Assembly (NCBI GenBank): GCA_016215315.1
Contig: JACRKG010000054.1
Coordinates: 1 to 64,000, forward strand
Source of the DNA: Candidatus Woesearchaeota archaeon
GTDB taxonomy: Archaea > Nanobdellota > Nanobdellia > Woesearchaeales > ARS49
Length of the DNA stretch: 64,000 nucleotides
Direction of reading: 5' to 3'
This document shows, piece after piece, positions 57,411 to 64,000 of the stretch. The first letter of the stretch is position 1. The number at the start of each line of letters is the position of its first letter. Under the pieces are notes generated by a model. It saw only the letters and a list, made by a program, of their open reading frames with translations, was not told the DNA's origin and did no database searches. The position numbers were made by a program, and so were the translations under genes.

Positions 57411-60400
57411 TTGAGTAAAAAGCTACTGTTAATACTAGTAGTACTAGTTCTAGTTCCAACACTAATTCATGCACAAGGATTCAGTAAGGGATACTGTGTA
57501 GTGAATCCAGATTTTAGTGATTTAAGAAATACTTTAAGCGATGAAAACATCAAAAATGCTTTAGCTAAAGCATCATTGGAAAAACAAACCACCATAGAAA
57601 TAACCGACGCAAGAGTGATACATCAAAGAACTTTAGCAGTACAAAGCATTCTTAACCAAGAAAAAACTCCAAACATGCTTTTTGAGGATTTAGAAACAGA
57701 TCAAAAACTCAAATTGGGTATTAAAAGTTTGATAGAACAAATCTCGAATTATCCTCTTGAAAATTCTGTTTGGAAAACTATTGGAGAAAGACTCTATGAA
57801 TTAAACCAAAGAGATTCTAACACCATTGAAAAATTCAAGTCTTGGATGAGTGAACTAAAAAGCAAAATAGAAGGTTTCTGGCCTTTTGGAAAAGACGCAG
57901 CAAGAACACAACTAAGTAATTTAGAAAAAATATTGGAAGCTTACGAAAAAAAAGAAAGAATTGAAGACTTAAAAAATGGTGTTTTCAAAGAAAAAGAACT
58001 AAAAGGAAAAATCAATCAAGCAGTATACAAAGAATACAATTTTGAAAAAGCAAGAAGAATAATATCAGAATACAAAGGAAAAGTGAAAGATGAATTTCTT
58101 GAAGAAATGCTTAAAACTTTAGATAAAGTAGAAGTGGGATTCTTTGATTTACCAAGAGCTTTGTTATTCTTTGGTGAGCAACAAAAAGATTTTAACAGCG
58201 TCATTCTAGAAGGTGAAGGAATGACTGTTGGTCGTTTAGCAAACAACAATTTAGTATTTAGCGATAATTTTGTTTCAGGAAAACACGCGAGATTGTTTTT
58301 AAAAGATGGCAAAACACACATTACTGATTTAGGATCTACCAACGGAGTTTATGTAAAGAAAACAGGAACACAAGAATTTGAAAGAATAAATTCAAACACG
58401 CCAATAGAACTAAACGATGGCGACGAAGTAAGCATTACGCCTTTAAAAAATGGAATTATTTTCAAAATAAACACATTTCATCTCAAATTAAACGAACTAC
58501 TAAAACAAAACGATATTGAAGGAGCAAAAAAATTAATCAATGATGAACTAGAAAAAGGACAAATAAACACGGAAAGCCTATCCAGATTCTTTGCAAAAAT
58601 AACAGGAAAAGAAAAAGCATTACCGGAAGAAGAAATAAAACCTGAAAAGAGGATTACTCCTGTAGTAATACAAAAAGTTCCTGCATCGCCTTTAGATCAT
58701 GACAATAAATGGGCTTCTTTAGTTGGAATAATACCAGGACTAACTGAAGAATTAGAGCGAGACTTTAAGTTTGGAGGAATGATAAACGAGTGGGGTAAAG
58801 GAGAGTACAAACACGAAAAGTCAACAGAAGGCGGAGGAACTATGGAGCTCACCCCCGCAAGTGAAGAAGAATACAAAACATTCCAAGAATGGAAAAAATA
58901 CAATTATCTGCCCGAACTCTCTCTTTCTGAAGCTAGAGAAGAATTAAGAAAACTAAAAGCGCTATTAAGTAAGCACGAGATAACTCTGGAATTCACAGAA
59001 AATCTTGAAGATTTTGAAACTAATGAAAAATCAGTAATTCACTTATCATCAAAAATAAAAAGAATAAGACAATTACTAGAATTACTTCCAGACTCAATTT
59101 TAGACTTAGGCACACTAGAAAGAATAACTCTTGGAGGGTATGAAGGAGTTGGAGGCGCAAAAGGAAGCGCATTCAATTCACAATACAAAGAACTTCAAAT
59201 ACTACAATTCGCATTATCTGGACCAGAAAGAAACTTAGACGCATTAGTATTACACGAATCGGGACATGCTTTGGCAGTTTCTTTAACACAAAAAGAACGT
59301 GATGAATTAAGACAATTACGAGAAAAAATATCTCAATCAGATTTTTTCACTTTTGATTATGGTCTAGGAAAAGAAGAAAGAGCTGGAAGAATGAGTGATT
59401 CATTAAACGAATTCCTTGCAGAATCATTCATGCACTACACATTACAAGGAGAACAATTAAGAAAACATATTGAGAATTTAGAAAAAACAAAACCGAGTGC
59501 AGGAAAAGCATACAGCGAATTATATAATTTCTTAAAACAAAAGTTCGATGGAAAAGAATATGGGGTCAAAAAAGTAGCAGTACCACGGATAAAAACAAAA
59601 GCAGACTGCCAACCAACAAGAAGCGCAGGATGCGTTTTATCAAATGTTTTAAATCCAACAAAAACAGCAGGAGAGCTCGAAAATTTTGTTAAAGAATTCG
59701 GTATTGAAGAAGGAAAAACAACTCCTCTTGAAGTAGAACCAAAAATAATAATAACCCCCGAAACACAAAACTTACCACAAGAAGAACAAATAGGAACAAT
59801 AGAATTCACTGCAAATGTTCCGAGTGAGAAAGCAGATGAGTTCGAAATATTTGTAATTAAAAAAATTTCTGAGGAAAAAATTCTAATTCCTCCAGAGCAA
59901 AGAACTGAAGTAAAAGAATTTGAATTTGTCAAAGCCGGAGCAGTTTTGGAACCTGTTGAAGGAGTTATTGCATTAGACGCGGGTAACAAACAAGTGCCTG
60001 GGGTAATAGACCATCATCATATTATTGGGAGTGAAAGAGCAGCAACTGGAACAGTACTGGATAATCCTCAACTAATAATTGATTGGCACAACAAAAAGCC
60101 AATCACTAAATTAACTTCTCACGAAAACCCCGACTTTGATTCAATAACATCCACTTACTTAGCAAAATACTTCTTACAACACGGAGAATTTCCAGAAGGA
60201 GCAGAAGTATTGGCTGCATATGTTGACTTAGTTGATTTCGGAAGATTGCCTAAAGCACAAAATATGGAAAACACTCCTTATGGAGTCATGACTGGCATAC
60301 TATTTGCTTATAGAGGATATTTTGATCCAGCACAGAAAAAATTTATACCAAACAACGATAAAAGACTAGAAAAAGGAATGGAATTCATAGACTTCTTACT

Positions 60401-63400
60401 GAAAAGAATCCAAGAATTAAAACTAATCAATTTAGCAGACGAATATCAAGCATCAAAAATATTTGAAAACACAGAATTAAATGATGACATAAAAAAATCT
60501 AAAGATTACATAAAACAAGACCAAGAAAGCTTCAAACAAGACTTTGAACGTGCCAGAAAAGAAAAAATAATTCTTAAAAAAGAAACTGGGCAAACAATAA
60601 CTACTAATTTTGTATTTTTAGAAAACCCCGAAAGCGCGTTATTCAAAGAATACTTTAGAGGCTTAGGATACTCTGTGATGAATATTTATTTCTCAAAACA
60701 AGATCCAACAAAGCCAGATTCACCAAACATAAGAAGATTTGTGATAAGCACAGACCCTGAAACAAAACTACAACTAAAAGGATTGGGAGAAATAATAGAC
60801 AAAGCAGAACAAAAAGCAAGAGAAGAATTAATTAAAGAATTAGAAAAAATAAAGTTTTTCGAAGAAAAACTTGAGAAAGCAAAAGAAGCCTTAGGCAGCG
60901 CAGTAGAAACTTCTTTTAACTCATTAATTAAAGATAAAACATTAACAGAACAAGAAAAAATCAATTTACTAATACAATTAATAGCAAGAGCTGGAGAACC
61001 AAGACCGGGCTACACAAATGCAGATCCATGGTATGACGGAAGAGGCCACAGTTACACAATAATAGACACACCAAGAACAGGCACAGCAATAAGCAAAGAA
61101 CAAATGGATCAAATACTTAGCGAATACAGTAACAAAAATAAAGAAGAAAAACCAGAAGTTCCAGTACCAGTAAACTGCCAAGGAGGACATAGCGTTGATT
61201 GCAGTTTAGACCTGAGTTCTTTCAAAATTGACATATCAAAATTAGTTGAAGACAAAGTCTTCAGAGACGCAATTGAAATTTTTGCTTCCAGCAAAGATTA
61301 CCCCTTAGAAGAACCTTACAAAACACACTTAAGAGAATTAAATGCAGAAGGAAACAACTTAGTAGTTATACTAAACGTTCCTTCAGAACTAAAAGATAAA
61401 GTCGCTAGCGACTTTAAAGAAGCAATAAGGTTAGGACTATTTGATCCATTCCTCAAACCAGAAATAAAATCAGAAATAAATTTCAAAGGATACATAGAAT
61501 TAATGAAAAGGTACAGAAACTTATTTTCAGATGATTACTTGTACACTACAAGACTAAAAAACTTAAAAGAAAAAGGAGAAACCACACAATTGCAAATTTG
61601 GCAAAATTTGCAGGGAAAAAGAAAACTAGACGAATTACAAAAATTAAGAACGCGATTCCTAAAATATTTACTAAAAGAAGAAAATGAAAATTCTAACAAA
61701 ATAGCAGAATTATTCTATGTTGCATTAGGATATGGCGTGAATGTTGATCCTGAACTAGCAGAACTATTCTTACAATCACTAAAAGATGCAGGCGTTAGCC
61801 TGCAACAAAAACAATTAATACAAAAACTACTAAATCACAGACTAAGAGAAGAAAGAGAATATTATCAACTACCTCCAGAACAAAAATTAATTCTAATAGA
61901 ACTAAGAAATCAAGTACAAGAGTTAGAAACACAAAAAGAAACACCATCAACATTATCTCCTGAAGAATACATCTTAAGCATAGGACTAGAACAATTGCTT
62001 GAACCTAAAATAGTTGATGTTTATCATGAACGCTTCCGTAAAATATTTTTTGACGATGAAGAATACAACCAATTACTAGGTGAAATCAAAAATTTAGTTG
62101 AGAAAAAAGAACAACTAGACATATCATGGTCACAACTGCTACCGCTCATAGAAAATATTCTAGCAGGCAGAGGAAACACTTTAACAATAGTTGATCAAAA
62201 AACAAAAGAACAAAGAGAACTAACATCACAAGACTTAACAGATGAAGAAACACTAAAAGCAATATCAGAAGGAAAAATAAGAATCAACGGAAAAATATTT
62301 GATCAATACGTTGCAGATGTAAGAGAAAAACTCAGCAAAGAAGAAGCTGACAAAATAAATCAAGTAGGGAAAACGGAGTTCTCTCAAGAACAAATAAGAT
62401 TCAGACTAGAAATAAGAAGAAGACTATACGAATTAAAAAACAAACTCGACCTGATAAGAACATTATCTGAATTCATAGATAATAATTCTCCGCACAGATT
62501 ATTATACAATATTGAAGAAGAAAGATATTCTCAAATCGAAAGAAAATATGAAGAACTAAAAAACAGACTATTGACAAAAGCATTCGAGTTCCTATTACAC
62601 GAATCTTTTGATAGAAAATTACTAAAACTAAACAATTTAGAACTCAAAAGTTCTTTAATCAATTGGTTCAAAGATGAAATCAAACAAACATACAAAGAAT
62701 TTTATGACGACAAAGAAAAACAAGAATTCACCAACAGAATAACCGACCAAGAAATACAAACAATAAACAGAATAGAACAAGTAAGACAAAAAGGATATTA
62801 CGAAACAACAGAACAAGCCTTAGGTGATAAAACAGCAAGACTGCAATTCGGAAAAATTAGCTTGCCAATACCTTTGATTAGATTGTCTGTAGCTAGAGAA
62901 ACACTAATTCAACACAGAGTAGAAACTGACTCATTCATTGAGGACCAAAACGAAGTTTTAGCAAGACTCGATTCACTAAGAACACTTCTAGGAATAGAAA
63001 GAAAAGCAGACTGCGAAGGAGTGGCAAGCGCTTATTGTTACAGAAGAACAACGAAAGCACTAACAACAGAACAACTTCTAACTGCAAAAGAAAAAGCAAA
63101 AGAAGGCATGGACGAATTAGTGAGCGAAGGAAAATTATCCCAAGATGACAAAGAAGCAAGCGAATGGGTTGACGAACCAGAACAATACGGAACACTACTA
63201 AAACTAGTATTTAATGTCAAGAAGAATAAAGCAAAAGTAGTTCAAGAAAAAGAAGAAATATCTCCTGAGCAAAAATTCAAAAATCCGACAAGCAAAGCAG
63301 TCTTTAAAGAGCTTCAAGACTATATAGAAAAATTATTTGCAGACAAGAAAGTAATAACTGTTAATGGAGAAGAATTATCCAAAGAAACAGTGTTATCTAG

Positions 63401-64000
63401 AACAATAAAAGCATTGCTCGATCTAGAATCTGAACCTTTACCAACTAAAGTAGAAAATTACAATGTCAATTCAATCCCTAAACTGCCAGGTCTAAGGAAT
63501 TTGTACATTGAAGCGAGCTTAGAAGTTAGCAAAGAATCCTTGCGTCAAGAACTAGAAAAACTCAATGAACGAATAGAAAAACAACAAGGTCTCCTTGGCC
63601 AAATGCAAGAATTTCACGGAGGCTTCTTCAAATCCATCCTTTATTTCTTCACAGGAAAACCTCAAGAACTTGTTAAAGCAACTAAGAGTCTAGAAGATCT
63701 AAGAAATTTCAGAAAAGTGCAGGAAGCAGGATTGAGCGCATTTGAAAAAGAACTGGAGAAATTAAAAGCAGTGAGTGCAGAGAAACAGCAGGTTTCTCCA
63801 TGCAGTTCCTGCACAACAACAGTTGCAGGCTGGGCTGTTAAGAGTAGTAATAAAGATTCAGCTTTCAAGATTAGTTTTGAAAAAAGAAAAGGCTGGATTT
63901 ATTTAGGAATTGCTCATTATGATCAAGTATTTGATAAAGAAAATGAAGTTAGGTTAAAGAGTTATATTTTTGCCAGCGGAGCACCGCCTGAAGAAGTAGA
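57411..64000 (+). CDS. giant secreted protein, partial (>2190 aa, runs off window): FHA domain + HExxH zincin-like motif + coiled-coil
   Basis: No + strand stop from 57291 to the window end; only short minus-strand ORFs overlap it. TTG start at 57411 (or 57378). Signal peptide SKKLLLILVVLVLVPTLIHA. FHA signature GMTVGRLANNNLVFSDNFVSGKHARLFLKDGKTHITDLGSTNGVYVK at about 58190-58480. LHESGHALAV (HExxH) at 59262-59279 with a downstream Glu. Confidence 0.7.
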   Translation, partial: MSKKLLLILVVLVLVPTLIHAQGFSKGYCVVNPDFSDLRNTLSDENIKNALAKASLEKQTTIEITDARVIHQRTLAVQSILNQEKTPNMLFEDLETDQKLKLGIKSLIEQISNYPLENSVWKTIGERLYELNQRDSNTIEKFKSWMSELKSKIEGFWPFGKDAARTQLSNLEKILEAYEKKERIEDLKNGVFKEKELKGKINQAVYKEYNFEKARRIISEYKGKVKDEFLEEMLKTLDKVEVGFFDLPRALLFFGEQQKDFNSVILEGEGMTVGRLANNNLVFSDNFVSGKHARLFLKDGKTHITDLGSTNGVYVKKTGTQEFERINSNTPIELNDGDEVSITPLKNGIIFKINTFHLKLNELLKQNDIEGAKKLINDELEKGQINTESLSRFFAKITGKEKALPEEEIKPEKRITPVVIQKVPASPLDHDNKWASLVGIIPGLTEELERDFKFGGMINEWGKGEYKHEKSTEGGGTMELTPASEEEYKTFQEWKKYNYLPELSLSEAREELRKLKALLSKHEITLEFTENLEDFETNEKSVIHLSSKIKRIRQLLELLPDSILDLGTLERITLGGYEGVGGAKGSAFNSQYKELQILQFALSGPERNLDALVLHESGHALAVSLTQKERDELRQLREKISQSDFFTFDYGLGKEERAGRMSDSLNEFLAESFMHYTLQGEQLRKHIENLEKTKPSAGKAYSELYNFLKQKFDGKEYGVKKVAVPRIKTKADCQPTRSAGCVLSNVLNPTKTAGELENFVKEFGIEEGKTTPLEVEPKIIITPETQNLPQEEQIGTIEFTANVPSEKADEFEIFVIKKISEEKILIPPEQRTEVKEFEFVKAGAVLEPVEGVIALDAGNKQVPGVIDHHHIIGSERAATGTVLDNPQLIIDWHNKKPITKLTSHENPDFDSITSTYLAKYFLQHGEFPEGAEVLAAYVDLVDFGRLPKAQNMENTPYGVMTGILFAYRGYFDPAQKKFIPNNDKRLEKGMEFIDFLLKRIQELKLINLADEYQASKIFENTELNDDIKKSKDYIKQDQESFKQDFERARKEKIILKKETGQTITTNFVFLENPESALFKEYFRGLGYSVMNIYFSKQDPTKPDSPNIRRFVISTDPETKLQLKGLGEIIDKAEQKAREELIKELEKIKFFEEKLEKAKEALGSAVETSFNSLIKDKTLTEQEKINLLIQLIARAGEPRPGYTNADPWYDGRGHSYTIIDTPRTGTAISKEQMDQILSEYSNKNKEEKPEVPVPVNCQGGHSVDCSLDLSSFKIDISKLVEDKVFRDAIEIFASSKDYPLEEPYKTHLRELNAEGNNLVVILNVPSELKDKVASDFKEAIRLGLFDPFLKPEIKSEINFKGYIELMKRYRNLFSDDYLYTTRLKNLKEKGETTQLQIWQNLQGKRKLDELQKLRTRFLKYLLKEENENSNKIAELFYVALGYGVNVDPELAELFLQSLKDAGVSLQQKQLIQKLLNHRLREEREYYQLPPEQKLILIELRNQVQELETQKETPSTLSPEEYILSIGLEQLLEPKIVDVYHERFRKIFFDDEEYNQLLGEIKNLVEKKEQLDISWSQLLPLIENILAGRGNTLTIVDQKTKEQRELTSQDLTDEETLKAISEGKIRINGKIFDQYVADVREKLSKEEADKINQVGKTEFSQEQIRFRLEIRRRLYELKNKLDLIRTLSEFIDNNSPHRLLYNIEEERYSQIERKYEELKNRLLTKAFEFLLHESFDRKLLKLNNLELKSSLINWFKDEIKQTYKEFYDDKEKQEFTNRITDQEIQTINRIEQVRQKGYYETTEQALGDKTARLQFGKISLPIPLIRLSVARETLIQHRVETDSFIEDQNEVLARLDSLRTLLGIERKADCEGVASAYCYRRTTKALTTEQLLTAKEKAKEGMDELVSEGKLSQDDKEASEWVDEPEQYGTLLKLVFNVKKNKAKVVQEKEEISPEQKFKNPTSKAVFKELQDYIEKLFADKKVITVNGEELSKETVLSRTIKALLDLESEPLPTKVENYNVNSIPKLPGLRNLYIEASLEVSKESLRQELEKLNERIEKQQGLLGQMQEFHGGFFKSILYFFTGKPQELVKATKSLEDLRNFRKVQEAGLSAFEKELEKLKAVSAEKQQVSPCSSCTTTVAGWAVKSSNKDSAFKISFEKRKGWIYLGIAHYDQVFDKENEVRLKSYIFASGAPPEEV

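Overview
This is an AT-rich archaeal window with a strongly purine-rich coding strand, and its gene content suggests a DPANN-like small-genome lineage. Archaeal markers present are pelota/aDom34, a TrmB-family regulator, a tandem Lrp/AsnC regulator, archaeal-type PheS and PheT, and an archaeal AAA ATPase. The first ~21 kb is ordinary chromosomal context. It carries a CaCA antiporter fragment, two tRNAs (Ser-GGA and a probable Arg-TCG), housekeeping genes, a major-vault-protein (MVP) homolog fused in an operon with an MTA/SAH nucleosidase, a Trm112-like gene below the 60-aa ORF cutoff, and a five-gene minus-strand operon containing three tandem paralogous lipoproteins. The remaining ~42 kb is dominated by very large + strand genes whose products carry signal peptides. 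There is a 1362-aa Cys-rich surface protein. A translationally coupled operon follows, encoding proteins of 5214, 3184 and 1267 aa. A fourth giant ORF of more than 2190 aa runs off the window end. These giants carry eukaryote-like signalling and effector domains: a Kazal domain, TSP3-like Ca-binding repeats, an SF2 helicase-like ATPase core, a PP2C/SpoIIE phosphatase, an HD phosphohydrolase, a Hanks-type Ser/Thr kinase, a second kinase-like (possibly pseudokinase) domain, an FHA domain and an HExxH zincin motif. The whole looks like a secreted kinase/phosphatase/FHA phospho-signalling system built into giant surface or effector proteins. A family of 7-nt-periodic imperfect hairpin repeats (TTTACAG / TTTGTAG / TTTGCAG units followed by their complements) recurs in at least six intergenic regions. 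No CRISPR array, rRNA or obvious transposase was seen.
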